Of a stretch of DNA of 64,000 nt, positions 37,901 to 52,298 are shown piece after piece. The translations under genes and the position numbers were made by a program. A model generated the notes under the pieces. It did no database searches. It was not told where the DNA came from and was given only the letters and a program-made list of their open reading frames with translations. Origin of the DNA: Eledone cirrhosa (lineage: Eukaryota); the NCBI GenBank assembly GCA_964016885.1, contig OZ024743.1, positions 193,626,001-193,690,000 on the forward strand. Reading direction: 5' to 3'. Each line of letters begins with the position of its first letter. Positions within the stretch are counted from its first letter, which is position 1.

Positions 37901-40614
37901 ATATAAATACAACAATAAAAAAACAATCTGTTTTTCATCAGAAATATATTACAATAATCATAATTAACCACTTTGATACCAACTCACCTAAAACTGCCAC
38001 AGGTTCTATGAAACAAAACAATTCATTTTAAAGCGTTCTTATTTAATTAAAATCTTCCCACATAATTTAACATAAGAACCTTTCGTTAAATTTTAATTCA
38101 AATAACATCTTAATAATGAAATAATTAATTATTTTAGTAAATCCTTCATTAATTAATTTAAATACAGTAAACACTACATTTTGACACAAAATACACTCTA
38201 GGTGATCTGTATAAAGAAACACATGCACTCACACATACACACACATATATATATATATACAAACACATATATATACATACACACATACATATATATATAC
38301 ATACACACATACATACATATACACATATGTATTTCATTTTTTTTTCACACCTAAGTAATAAATAGTCCATTCTCATAAAAGAATGAACTCATGGTTAGCC
38401 TATTGGGCTCATGATCATAAGGTTGTAGGTTCATTGTGTCCTTGAGCAAGGCCCATTCATAATATTCATCATTTAAGATCTCTTTTTCTGCTAGCAAGGG
38501 TTAGACAGGCTTTCACAGACTGTGCCAACACTCCAGTGAGGCTACTGGCCTCCCAGATAGTCTGGGAGGCTTTGCATCTCAATTTCATATGGGCCCACAC
38601 TTCATCATGACACCAGCACTAGAGAGGTTAAGATATCTTTGACACAACTGAAGGATCCTTACAACCTTTGGCAAGTTTTCTATGGCTTAATGCCCTTCCT
38701 ATCACTAACCACTTTACAGAACTACTAGGTCTGTTTATTGTGTAGATCACCAACACAAGAGAGGTTGTCACACTGTTGACACAACTGAAGGGTCCTTTCA
38801 ACAATTATTCATCAAGTAGATGGAACATAACTTAAAGGTTCTTACATAAAATTACCATGAATGATCTTTAGATAAATTTAAACATTTTAAGACAAACAGT
38901 TTTGTATCAGGTCATTTGGTATCAAAACAGTTAACTACTATGAGGATACTGGCTCATGATTTTATCATTATTGAGTTCAATTTAAAAGAACATTTTTATA
39001 GATCTTAATAATACACCACCTATGTTTTCCTATTATTTTGAAAATACTCAACAATTTGAGGGAATTTGGTAAAATAACTTGCAATATTTAGCTAAAATAA
39101 TATTCTTCCCTGACATTATTTTTTATTTGAATATGAATACGTTAAAACAAGATATTTGTTTTGATAGACATCATATAGAGTGCATGCTCCAAGTAGAGCT
39201 GCTACTTATCTGTGAAGTACTATAGTAAATATAGAATAATATAAATGTTAAAGGGTTACATCTAAATTAGCTTCCAATGTGTCATTTCTTTTTAAAAACC
39301 ATTTGAAGAAAATTTGGTTGCTATTTTTAGCAGTTCAAACAACAACATAGACATTTCCTTGTTGGCTCATAATGTATTATGTAGATGGAAGCAGAGAAGT
39401 GGATAGAGTGAAGCAGTGCACACTAATATGGAATGGAAGCAAGGAAATACAACAGTGTTGTATGCTAATCTAAATGATGTCGATCGATTAGGCAAATAGT
39501 GCATAAAAGCATCTTCATTCTTATTTCCCCATAAGTGCAATTTGGAATAAACTATGTATATCTAATAATTTTACCTTAAATAATTGGGAAACATAATTTT
39601 AGATGGCTATAGAATGATATAGAATTCTAAACTGCTGTAACACACTGGCATTCAATCAAGTTTATGCTTATTCAGGTTTAAGTATACAAAATATTAAAGA
39701 GAAAACAAAAATAATGTACATGCATAGGAAATAAATTGCTTTACATTTATTTATCTAGTGAAAAAGAAAAAAGTTCCCCATTGGGTAAAAGTCTGACAGA
39801 TTTTCTGCTGAATACTATTTATCAAAATCCATTTAGATATTTGCATTGACTTCTGAACTGAATGAAATACTTTATTAACCATAACTTCATCTTCTCAATC
39901 TTCCAAACTAATTATTCTAGAGGTAGATTTTCAGAATTATTTTATGAAGTAGCATATCAGATATTTTGACATCAAAATCTGAAATGGATTCCATTAAAAC
40001 TGAAAAAAATATATAAATATATTTTGTGAACTAAGCTATCTGTGGTGTCATACAGATTTTCACTTGTCAGAACTAGCAGACAGAAATAGTTTTTATAAAC
40101 TACATGACAATGTGTAGGTAAGAAATTTCACTGGAAGGTGGCAAAAGATAGATAGATCAGTTGAGTTTTTCAAGAGATTGCAATAATACAGATGAATTGT
40201 TAAAACTGTTTTTTAAAAACCTAAACACATTTAAAGGTTGTAAGCATGTTGTAGTTTAGCCTCAGATCAGCTCTGAGTAATCCTGTGATTAAAAGCCTTC
40301 TAATACTGACCATCTCATCATTTTGTGTAACTAAGATTACATTGCATAATGTGTCCATTCTTTAAAAAAAAGGGCAGTAGCTGTCTCGCTAGCCTAGTGG
40401 GAGGTATTAGAGATGGTGGAGATCCTGGTCTGGGGTTCAATCTCAGTCAGGATCAACATTAAGGAGGTTTTACCAATTGTCATACATCTGAGCACTGTGC
40501 CCAATAATTTTCATTGTTATCATTATAGTAGAGTGTGATCTGAAACCAATTTAGCTGCTATTTCCAGCAAGTTGATTAACCAAATTTCAGTTCTCTCATT
40601 GGCTTATTACTGCT

Positions 40615-40835
40615 TTATAATTTCTGCACAAAGCCAGCAAATTTTGGGGGCAAGGGCAAAGTTGATTAAATTAACCCTAGTACACAACTGTTACCTTATT
40701 TTATTGACTCCAGGAGGAGAAAAGGCAACAAAGTTGACCTCTGCCAGATTTGAACTCAGAATGTAAAGAGCCAGAACAAATACCACAATGGCATTTTATC
40801 TGATGCTCTACCAATTCTGCCAACTCACCACTTTT
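40615..40835 (-). mobile_element. SINE (major family)
   Basis: Family motifs, degenerate. Confidence 0.7.
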
Positions 40836-41634
40836 CATCAGCTTATTATTGTATGGAGGAAGAAAGGATGGAGAGCCAGGCTAACAACTTTACCTCAATT
40901 AATCAAAATTGCTTCAGAAACAACAAATACATCACTTACAAATGAATGGAATGATCTTTCAATGCCCAATGCTCCACTGAGAGTAAAAGGAACCAAAGAA
41001 GAAGATTAGTGTCATATCTCTTACATATAAGATCTATATATATAACTATATACAATATTTCAGGTATATAAAATATTATATTTCGAGAGGTGAGCTAGTG
41101 TTAAAATATTTAATGCAGAGACCATTAAAAATCCAAGTAGAAATAAATATATGTTGAGAGACAAAAAATATTACTCAATGTCTTGTATTAATTTCATTTG
41201 TCTTGTAAGAACAGGTGTCAATATGTTAGATACGTTTTGTTCTGACACTAAATTCCTCAAAGTCTCTGAATTATTTAATTTGTGAATAAATCTATTTTAT
41301 ACAAACCAACAAATACATATGCAATGATTCTTACATGACTACTTTGGGAAGTACAACAAAGGAAATACTTTGCTAATGAGCTCAGAATAAGACAAAAATA
41401 TGTCTTAGAGGTATTTCTGTATATGACAAAAAATAGAAAAAAAAAGGAATTAAAATTATATCATTCATTGATTAATATACTTTTTTTACTTACTCTATAT
41501 TCATTTCTAGTTTTCTCTTGAATAATTTAAACACTAACTGATCTTTCTGTTTTATATGCAGATGGCATTGCACCTCTGAATTACTTAACATCTAAACAAT
41601 ACTGTGAAAGGCTTTAAAGTCTCTATGGTGTCAT

Positions 41635-41770
41635 TTGATTACTGTATATACATACTTATGAATGATTACTGTATATACATACTCATGAATGATTACTATA
41701 TATACACACTCATGAATGATTACTATATATACACACTCATGAATGATTACTGTATATACATACTAAATGA
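41635..41770. repeat. 27-bp minisatellite (about 5 units)
   Basis: ATGAATGATTACTGTATATACATACTC repeats. Confidence 0.85.
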
Positions 41771-41852
41771 CATGAACATACAATGTGAAAAACTAGCATG
41801 CATTTTATCTACTGGGCCTATAAAATCTCACTTCAAAATATACAGTACACTT

Positions 41853-43175
41853 TCATCATCATCATCATCATCGTTTAACGTCCATCTTCCACGCTTGCAT
41901 GGGTTTGGACGGGAGTTTTTCCACTTGAGGCAAGATTGGTTGTCTTGCTCATATAAGACTGTCTGGCGGATTTTCTACGGCTGGATGCCCTTCCTAACAC
42001 CAATCACGTTTACAGTGTGGAACTGGGAGGTTTTTACCGTGTTACCTACACGGCCACATTACAGTGTGGACTGTGTGTGTTTTTTTTTGTGACACCTACA
42101 CGACCTCATTTATTTTGGACAGGATGTTGTAGTACCTACATAACTTTACATCGAAAGGGGTGGTGTGGTTGGATGGGGTTGTATTATTGTTAGAGGTGCC
42201 TACTGACTGTAGGTTTCGCTTTGTACTTAGGCAAGGCCAGTCTTCTGTATTACTGTGTAGCGCCAAAGATCTCGGTCCAGTGACATTGTCTTGGAGAGGT
42301 GTAAGTGTGTGAGGTCGGAATTTATCAAGTCATCCCAGGTTTTTCTGGGTCTGCCTACTCCGTGGCTACCGTCTATTTTTATCACCCTGCACTTTTTTAT
42401 ACAGCTGTCGTCTTTCATGCGCATCACGTGACCATACCAACGTAGTCTTCTCTCGAGTAAATAATATCTGATTCCTCTTATTCCTAATTTCTCCCTTAGT
42501 TCATTTATGCTTTGCCGTTCACGTATATTACTATTACACATCCAACAGAGCATGCAAGCTTCGTTCCTCTCCAGTCTGCGTATATCCTCTGCACACAATG
42601 CCCAAGTCTCACTGCCATGTAACATTGCTGTTCGTATGCAGGCATCATACAGCCTGCCTTTCATTTTTAGAGAGAACCCTTTAGCGGCCAATAGTGGTAT
42701 AAGCTCTCTGAACTTTTTCCATCCCATTCTGACTCTAGCTACTGTACTTTCGGAGCACCCTCCACCACTGCTGATTTTGTCACCTAGGTAACGGAAGGTG
42801 TCCACTATTTCTATAGAACCATCTGTGCAATGGAATGAGCTAGTATTCTGTGGGCACTTGCTGCTACTTATTGCACCTGAGCACCAGCCACATATAAAAT
42901 CTATATTCTTAGTTAGCTTACCTGTGATCCCACTACATCTTTTATGCACCCATACTTTGCATTTGGGACATAAAATGGAATTTCTGCCTACTCCTTTCCT
43001 ACACACTGAGCATGGCCATTTCCCAGATGGGACCAGTGCCCTGTTTTCCTTCCTACAAACTAGAACTTTAGTCTTAGACAGGTTAATTTTAAGGCCTTTT
43101 GATTCTAGGCCATGCTTCCATGTTTGGAATTTCTTCTCTAGTTCAGCCATTGATTCAGCTATGAGCGTTAGCCAC
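41853..43175 (-). mobile_element. 5'-truncated RTE-clade LINE (RT C-terminal half, ORF 42227-43150, 3'UTR, (GAT)n tail)
   Basis: GLKINLSKTK, FRYLGDKI, LYDACIRTAMLHGSETW, RRLRWYGHVMRM, GRPRKTW; truncated just after where the YADD motif would lie. Confidence 0.93.
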
Positions 43176-43324
43176 TTTATATGTTGTATATTACTTGTGT
43201 CTATCAGGCTTAGAATATATACACTCTATCCCTGTTTAGCATAAGAAGAAACTAATAGGGTTAGGACCAGGAATGGTATCCAACTATAAAACATTGCCTC
43301 AAAGCCAATTTTGGGGACTATAAA

Positions 43325-43522
43325 GTTAATTCCTGCTTTGGCTAGAATTCTCTCACCTTTTTTTGTTCAAACTGGCCATAACTGGCTGCTATACTGATAT
43401 TAAGGTATTGTTCTCAAAATAAATAATATCAAAATCTCATAGATTCGATATCATGTGAGATAAAGCCTTTGCAGTGAAAATACAAAAGTAAATATGGAGT
43501 AATGTAAGGGATAAAGGGTTAA
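43325..43522 (-). mobile_element. MITE-A (degenerate end)
   Basis: Body matches the family and ends AAAGGGTTAA. Confidence 0.75.
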
Positions 43523-43759
43523 AATACTTGTTTAATTTTACTTAAAATGTTCTTGCTATGTAGAACTGAAGTGATTAAATGATTATAATATTGGACTAAC
43601 TGCTGAGTATGAAATCTACCATGGAGCACCTATGGCTAACCCTTGCTTTGCCAGAGACAGGGGCTTTAAAACACTTGTTTGTTGTATATGTTATATCATA
43701 TGTAAAAGGAAGGTGAAACTTGTACAGAAGTAGATATGGCAATTAATTTTCTCAGGATT

Positions 43760-44032
43760 ATTTCGCAACTTATGTGCAAGAGAGAAGACTGCATTCGTAC
43801 GGACATGTGATGTGCATGTATAATGATCAATGGATGACCCAGTACCTGGAAATCCCAGTAGAAGGAAGCTACAGAAGAGGTAGACCAAGAAAGACATGGG
43901 CAGAGGTGGTGAGAGCTGATCTCATATCTCTGAAACTCACAGAAGAAATTATGAGAGATACTGTGCTGAAAAGGACCAGTCCAACTCATGTGAGTGTGGA
44001 AAATGGATGTAAAAACGATGATGATGATGATG
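43760..44032 (+). mobile_element. RTE LINE 3' fragment
   Basis: QERRLHSYGHVMCM...GRPRKTWAEVVRADL plus (GAT)n. Confidence 0.85.
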
Positions 44033-44860
44033 TACTCTCTAGACATAGATACATGTCAAGTGTGTTTTCTATATACCTATATACAACAGTAGTCATAACT
44101 CTACAGGCTCACAATATTTTTCAATGTATTGAGTCACAGGTAGGTAAACAAGTGCAAACAATTTCAATAACCATTTTAAAGAAATGTGAGTAATTGATAC
44201 TGAACTGAACTAAAAATAAAATTATCCCAAAATAAATAGTGTGTGTATGTATGGCTGCATAAACATGCATAGTTATATATATATATATATATATATATAG
44301 TCAAAATAGGGTGTGCAGAGAACAAAGACAATGGAAAAAAAACCCAGAAGGATGGTCCCATCTCCTCAGTCAACCTCTGGAAATCACTACAATTTCTGTA
44401 TGTATATATATATATATACACACACATACACACACACATATACATGACAGCACATTGTGTCTTTGAGCAAGGCTTTTTAATTCATGTTCACCAGGTCCAA
44501 CAACAACACACATACTTATATATATTGATACCTTAACAAGGAATACAAATCATTGAATGCTTTATGTTTGTTTACAAAAAAGTTGGCAGATTATATGATC
44601 AACCAACTTTCATCAACTGAATAATATATAAATATGTATATAATATATCATCAATATATACATACACCCATCACAAATTCTTTCAAATGTTTCTATAGAA
44701 GTAGTTGATAGCTTTTCTTAATTATGTAACCTAATTTTCAGTGGAGGTGAGTGTTTTTATAGTATAATGGCCATATTAAGAACAAGATGGAAAAGTTCAT
44801 GGGGTTACTGCTTCTGCTGGTAAGAAACGGATTATCTCTTTTCAAATGAATGGTAGATTA

Positions 44861-44964
44861 TACATGGTGTCCCCCCAAAATGTATATATACTTTGATTAC
44901 CTGTACAGGCAATATTTATTAGAATGCTGTTGAAGTGTTATACATTCTTTTGGGAGAGCCTGTA
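44861..44964. mobile_element. Small Tc1/mariner-type MITE
   Basis: TA-CATGGTGTCCCCCCAAAATGTATA...TATACATTCTTTTGGGAGAGCCTG-TA: imperfect TIRs with a TA TSD. Confidence 0.55.
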
Positions 44965-45212
44965 TTTTACTTGTGTATGAAGAGTGTTGTTACATAGGAA
45001 CTATACATGGACATTAAATGTGAAAGATGTGTGAAGACTGGAAAAAAAGTGAAGTGAGCATTCTCCACTGAATATGTAATGTCAGTGTGCATGGATGGTG
45101 AATCACAAATGAACTGAAAGAAAAACAAGGCATAAGAGGAATTTGATGTAATGTGTAAGGGAGAAGACTGCACTGGTGCAGACTAGTGATGTGCATGTAG
45201 TATAATGGTGGG

Positions 45213-45345
<133 letters not shown>

Positions 45346-46284
45346 ATCAATCCTAGTAATGATAGGGTACTTTATCAACATTGAAGGGATGAAAGGATGT
45401 AAAGCAAAAGCAGAGTTGACCTTAAAGAAGTAGAGAAAGCTAGAGAATGAATGCTGCAAGGCATTCTTTTCCAATCCCTTAATACTACTGCCAATTCCCT
45501 GCCTTAATCATATTTATAACATTTCATGCATAAATAAAAAAATAAATATATAATAATAATAGATAAATAAAAAAATAAATAAATGAACAAATAAAATAAA
45601 ATTTCTTCAAAAACATAATAAATCAAAATAGTTTTGATACTTGGAACATTTAATGAATGTCTGTTTGAGGGAATCTTCAGAGGAGTTTTAAGGAGGCAGT
45701 GTATTTCGAGAGAAATTTGTCACCATTCTTCAGAAAGTATTCTCACTGAGCTAATTTATTCTGGTCCTGCTTTTAATTAGTTTGTGTCAGTGACAATTTG
45801 ATTATTAAGGCAATACCCAAAACTCTTTCACTAATTAGATTCAAATTCTTGTCAATCTCAAAAAAAAAAAAAAAAAAAAAAAAAAATGAAATCGTAAGGA
45901 AGAACTGTATTGATAAAAAAAAATACAAAAAAAGAAAAACACAAAAAACAAAAAATACATATGATACAGAAAATAGTTATTTTTTTTATTTTCTTTTGAT
46001 TTTGTGAAGTTGATAGAAGTTTTAATTTAAACTAAATTAAACTCTCATCATATAATTTTTTTTAAGTGGTAGACCCAAGCTTACAGTTTTAAAGAGTTGA
46101 AAAGAGGACAATTCAAAATTAAAATCTTGTGAATAAAATTCAACATATTTTAGGTATTTTCTAAATTATTAACTTTAAAAAATGTAAAATATAATTCATA
46201 GGAATAAATATTGAAACATTTTTTACTAGAACTGATAGAAGGAGATTGGCTGCTGAAGAAATAATAATAATAATAATGATTTCT

Positions 46285-46650
46285 AGTCCTGGTGCCATGA
46301 TTAAACACACTAAGTTCATTCTGTAAAGTGGTAGTGCTGGTGCCATGATAAAATGCACCCAGTTCACCTTATAAAGTGGTAGTGCCAATTCTATGATAAA
46401 AAGCACCCAGTCTACTCTGTAAAGTGGTAGTGCTGGTACCACAATAACATGTACCCAGTTCACCCTGTAAAGTGGTAGTACTGGTGCTTTGATAAAATGC
46501 ACCCTGTCTACTCTGTAAGCTGGTAGTGCTGGTGTCACAAAAACTGTATAGTACACCCTGTAAGGTCATTGGTGTTAGGAAGGGTATCCAGCCATAGAAA
46601 CCATGCCAAATATGGAATGTATGAGCAAGATGTGATCACATGACTAGTCT
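46285..46650 (+). mobile_element. RTE 3'UTR fragment with a 48-bp minisatellite
   Basis: About 6 units of GTGCCATGATAAAATGCACCCAGTTCACCCTGTAAAGTGGTAGTGCTG, then TTGGTGTTAGGAAGGG. Confidence 0.75.
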
Positions 46651-47814
46651 AGCTTCAGAGCAGCCAAGCTCATGGATGTTATCCAACAATCTTGCTCTGG
46701 ATCTACCTCTGGGTCTCCTGTCAGTTGGTTTTGCCTGTAAAATATGTCCAGCAATTCTTTTCTGAGACATTGTAACCCCATGACCATAGTATCGGAGCTG
46801 TGATCTCTCGATTTGGAGAAATATCCAACTTTGAATTAAAATACAGTAAATTTATAAGACAAATCTACAACAGAAACGACCCACTTATCTGAAAGATTAC
46901 ATGCTATGATATTAAATATATTTCTTTTTCTCTCATCTTTTTCTTTAAATGTTTGAATTTCAATAAAGTGGAGAAAACTGTTATATACTTTTTCATAACT
47001 TTATATGTCTCTATCTATCAAACTATTTCTCATGTGATTTATATTGAAATTAGACAGACAAAAGGTATGGATAAATAAAGAAAAACCCACCATTTTAATT
47101 ATAACACAATGTTGTTGCAACTTTCATATTTCCCAATGCTTCCTTATGTGTGTGTTGATGTTCTCTCACTTTCACTCACTGCCTCTGTCTCTCTTGCTCT
47201 CCTCATCTCTCACTATTATACAGGAGCCCACAGCTGGCTGCCCTGCAGACAGAATAGAGAAGGCATTTCCATGGAGAATCATGAGGGTGACACGTTGGAA
47301 AAATCATTCCATCACCTGTGGGTAACTAACTCCGTGCCGATGATGGTGAGTAGGGAGGAGGTCCTAGGGCAAAAGACACCAGAAGTTTCCACTGCTATAG
47401 GTAGCCAACTCTGTCCCGATGGTGGTGAGTAGGGAGGAGGTCCTAGGGCAAAAGACACCAGAAGTCTCGACTGCAAGCTTATTGGAGAACGACCAATATT
47501 TGGAGAGTTTATATTCCTCGGCCTGAAGTGCAGCAGAGCCTGGATTAGTTGCAGACTGCATCAGGTTGCTGTTGGAGAAACTTCTTATTGATGAATGCCT
47601 TATGGGAAATTCATTGAAATGTTGTCTCTATGAAATGTTGTCCATATTTGCAAGAGTGGCTGGGCACTGCCAGGTTTAAAATGCCCAAGACATGCTGTAT
47701 GTTACTACAGTGCCTCTATGACTCCATCAGGAGTTATGGGTTTATACGATACAAAATAATCTGTAATAATTCTTTTTTTAAATTCTTTTTTCTGAGAATA
47801 ATATCCCTTTGGAC

Positions 47815-48212
47815 TGCTGGGAATTGGCAGTATTGATAGATCACTGAAAAAAAGCCCTGCGATATTTGGTTACAACTTTGTAGGTTCCGAGTTCAAATCC
47901 TGCTGAGGTACACTTTACTTTTCATCCTTCCAAGCTTGATAAAATAAAATACCTGTCAAATACTGGCATTAATTCAATTGACTTTCCCTTGCCTCAAACA
48001 ATGTTGGTTGTGCCTAAATTAGAAACCATATTGGCAGTATCGGTAGAGAGTTGGGCGCCATGCTTTGCAGCAAAGAGTTACAGTCCTTTATGGTCTGAGT
48101 TCAAATCCCACTGAGGTTAACTTTGCCTTTCATCCTTACGGGGTCGATAAAATAAAGTACCAGTAATACACTGGGATAATTGCTGGCCTTGTGCCAAAAG
48201 TAGAAACAATTA
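47815..48212 (+). mobile_element. SINE dimer (major family)
   Basis: TTGGCAGTATCGGTAG (A box), GAGTTCAAATCCC (B box), GCCTTTCATCCTTACGGGGTCGATAAAATAAAGTACCAG. Confidence 0.85.
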
Positions 48213-49731
48213 TATAAATGCTGCCATAATGTATAGCTTTTGAATGACAGTTGTTAGTTTGTTAAGATAAATGTGCTTATCACATGGATAAGGTGGAATC
48301 ATTATACAGAACTCCCCTCACTATCTTTACACATAACTGGGGTAGTTTTTTTAAAAATTTAGTTAAGAAACTAAATAAATACATACTGCAATTTTGGAAA
48401 TGGCCAGAATTATTTTTTGTTTATAAAAATATTATTAAATAATTTTTGAGATCATTATTACTTTTAATACATGTGTATATAAGAGATGGTGGTTAATACA
48501 TGTGTATGTAGGAAATGACAATTCTAACATATGTGCGAGCATGTGTAGAAGAAATGAAAGTTGTACTATATGTGTACATGTGTGTAGTATGTGGTGTGTG
48601 TGTGTAGGACTTGACAACTATAATAGATGTGTGTATGTGTTTGTATGTGTGTATGTGTTTGTATATGTAGGAAATGACAGATATAATAGATGTGCATGTG
48701 TGTGCGTGTATATGTGTGTAGGAGTTGATAGTTATAATAGATGTGTGTGTATGTAGGAAATGACACTTTATATCTCAATATGATTTATCTACATATAATT
48801 TAACTCCTTACAGAAAGGTTAATGTCATTATATTTAAAATGTAAGTTTCTTTCTTTTTCATTTCAAATTCATTGAAATCTATAAAAATTGGTATTAAGAA
48901 TGGAATTAAAAATAGTTGTGAAAGAAAAAAAAGCTAGTTACCTAAATGTAAAATTTAATTATACTCCTAAGCTTTCTGACATTTCATAGATGTTTGATAG
49001 ATAATACAATTGGAAATATGTATTTATCAAATTTGTATGCTTAAATAGCTTTAAGCTGCATGTTAAATCCATTATCTGAAATATTTGACTCATTTTTGAG
49101 AGAAAAAGAGTTTCAGTTTTATTTCGAAAGAATGAAATTGTTGATTCGGTTTTTATTGTTGCAAATTCCTTTAGGTGACTAATTTACATACAGTGAATAT
49201 ATTGTTTGTTTTGAAAGCCTCAGAAATATTAATGACAAATCATAAAGATAAACATAGGTAAATAATTCTCAGTAAGTTTCAAAAATAGGAAATCAGAGAG
49301 AACTGTGTATGAAATAAAATATATTTTCCAAAATCATTGAGAGTAAGTAGACAGTGAAGTTCATAGGAATGAGACTTTAACAACGGGCCGCAGGTGCTAG
49401 AACTTTGCAATTTATTGGTCTTTTGAAGCGTAATTACCGTGCTTCAATTCAATTTATCTTCTATTGACAGATGCGAAATTATAGTGCAGCTTAACAAAGT
49501 ATTCTCATATATAATATGTACAGCTAATGCTATTTTATATAACTAAAAGGTATCAGGGGTCACCATGTGTGTTACTTATCTATTATTTATTGAAGAGGAA
49601 AGGCAACAGTTATATGTAATGTGTTTATATTGCAGCGCTACACAAGCAAAGGTTTGCTGTTATGGTGAAGAATCTCATCCCTTTGAAATCCACTTGGTGT
49701 TCAACAGGGCTGTGTTCTATCTCCAATTCTC

Positions 49732-49959
49732 TTAACTTGTTAGCATTTAATCCAGCCGTATCTGGCCAGAATTCTCTCACCTCTTTCTGTTTAAACTGAA
49801 CGTAACTGGCCATTTATACTGATGTTAAGGTATTGTTTTCAAAATAAATAATATCAAAATCTCATAGATTCAATATTATATGAGCTACTATGTGAGATAA
49901 AGCCTTTACTTCGAAAATACAATAGTAAATATAGAGTAATGTAAATGCTAAAGGGTTAA
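49732..49959 (-). mobile_element. MITE-A
   Basis: TTAACTTGTTAGCATTTAA...TAAATGCTAAAGGGTTAA. Confidence 0.8.
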
Positions 49960-50295
49960 ACTATGCCATTAACTGGATTGCAGAGCATGCCCTGAAGAAT
50001 TTTCCAGGCATTGCTGTGGGATGAGATTTGACTGCTGATAACCTCTGGATAATTGGTGATAACAACCAGCTGTTGAACACTTAACAGTATGCATGTGTTA
50101 CACGTTGGTATGAAAATCAATGCAGCCAAGATGAAGATAGTATTTTCTGGCATCTTACATTCTGAAAAATCCCCATCATACAGAATAGTGATATTTTAGA
50201 AGAGGTTGATCAATTCAAATATCTCCACATCATCTTCACTGCTACAAGCCAAGGTAAAGATGAGATAGATATGTCCACATCAATCATGTACATAT
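49959..50295 (+). pseudogene. Old frameshifted RTE-type reverse transcriptase fragment
   Basis: Pieces read NYAINWIAEHALKNFPGIAVG, VGMKINAAKMK and ILEEVDQFKYL..IFTATSQGKDEI (RT domains about 4-7). Confidence 0.7.
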
Positions 50296-51449
50296 GTTTA
50301 CATCCATGCACCAGTCAGTTGGCTGGAACAGAACAGGTAAAAGAAATGATATGATACAAGAAGCTATTAAAATTTTGTAGAAATTTCATTCACCAGTTTT
50401 TTGAAAGGAGAAACAGTTGCAGCTGCTACATTCACAAGTATTTTATGCTGCATTCCTAAATATGGTCATCCTGCTGTGTAGCATTGTTTTACTTACTAAC
50501 AAACCTCAACCACTAACTTGTTGATGTACAGTATTTTTCCTATTTCTCTTCAGTTTTTACTACCACACCAATTGTTTTGGCTTAATTAGATGAGGAAGAT
50601 GGGGAAAGGTTATCCTAGATAGGATACACTTCCGAAATTCTTGCAACATAGTTGACTCTGTTAAAGGCCCCCAAGGGTTAGATGGTGGTGTTCAACTTTA
50701 TTTTAACACACAAAATAATATACATGGATGGAGAAAAAAATTAAATTATGAAAAAAGGGGAAAGGAAAAGTGACAAGCAAATTATATGCCCCCGTCTAGG
50801 TGGTGTATCTCATGGACAAAATGGTGAAAGTATTGCAGTCAGTACCATCCACTACATCAGCCATTCCATTTCACAGGGCTATTTCTCAGGCGCGATTCAC
50901 TCATCCCAATTTTGCAGAGGAAAACAATAGTTTGAATACCTAGAAATATCATGGGCTAACTGCAGCCTGTTTGGCTTTCTGAATGGCATGCCTAATTTCA
51001 AAATTGCCTTGAATTTTTCAGTAATGTGGCCTGCTTTATGATGAGCCTCATCCTATGTGGCCAACTGCACAGAAAAGGTTTCCCATGCCTGACCTAGAAG
51101 ATCAGGTCTTGATGGTGACTGTCATGAAAAGGTAGTGGTCGGTCAAGTCCTGGTATGTGGATATCTAGGTGTTAAACTTGGTAGGAGATTATGTTTATCA
51201 AGCAAGAACAAGACCAGTTCCTTATATTGATTAGGTTTCCACAGTTTTCATCTATTATTTGGTTGATCTGAGTCAATGATGATTGGGGGAGGGGAGGGAG
51301 ATCATCTTTTCAAGGCGACATGCAATGGGATTGAACTCACAACTACATAACTGCAAAGAGAACTTCTTAACAGCACATATAACAGTATACACAATATATA
51401 TTTCCTCCTAGACACCGAAAGAAATTTTCTACTCTCTGCTTTTGTAATA

Positions 51450-51868
51450 AAGGTTTCTGGTTTAGGCACAAGGCCAGTAATTTTGGGGGAAAGGAAAGTC
51501 GATTAAATCGACCCCAGTGCATTACTGGTACTTTATTTTATCAACCCTGTAAGGATGAAAGGCAAAGCTACCCTCGGTGGAATTTGAACTCATAATGTAA
51601 AGAGCCATAACTATATGCTGCAAAGCATAATGTCAAACGCTCTACTGATTCTGCCAATCCACTGCCCCAGTTTTGTAAGAATTGTTTCTACTTTTGGCAC
51701 ACAGTCAGCAATTATTCCAGTGCATTACTGGTACTTTATTTTATTGACCGTGTAAGAATAAAAGGCAAAGCTAATCTTGGTGGGATTTGAACTCAGAACG
51801 TAAAGGGACGTAACTCGATGCTTCAAAGCATGGCGTCTGACCCTCTACTGATACTGCCAATCCACTGG
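51450..51868 (-). mobile_element. SINE dimer (major family)
   Basis: Two full copies, flanked by TTTTGTAA(T/G)AA at all three junctions. Confidence 0.85.
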
Positions 51869-52260
51869 TTTTGTAATAATAAGCTCTAATTACACAAGGG
51901 CATTAGATATATATTATTTCTAAGGATTTTTCCAAGCAGCAAAACCTTATTTAATCCTGTGATATTTATTAACCTAATTCCCTTTCTTGGGTCGACCAGA
52001 CAATGTAACATTAGCAGTTTAAACTGATAATATTACAAATGTACCAGCATACATGTTCACCATCACCACCACCACCACCGCCACCACCTTATTAACTTAG
52101 TTCTCTTATAATCTACACCTTTGCAGAACTCCCCCTACCTATACTTATTACTAACTCTCTGTACTTTTAATTACTTTCTCTTTTATATATATATACCTGG
52201 AAAGACATGTGCGTGCGTGTGTGTATATATATATAAATACATATACATATATAAATACAT

Positions 52261-52298
<38 letters not shown>

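Noticed and set aside
37410-38758. Inverted match of about 90 bp (37410-37503 versus 38666-38758)
   Set aside because: Both are diverged pieces of the abundant RTE 3'UTR family and cannot be distinguished from independent insertions.
42507-43244. + strand ORFs of 94 and 148 aa (and - strand ORFs at 57647-58503)
   Set aside because: Antisense shadows of the RTE coding sequence.
48030-48115. tRNA gene
   Set aside because: The A/B boxes belong to a SINE head, with no complete cloverleaf, and are followed by SINE body sequence.
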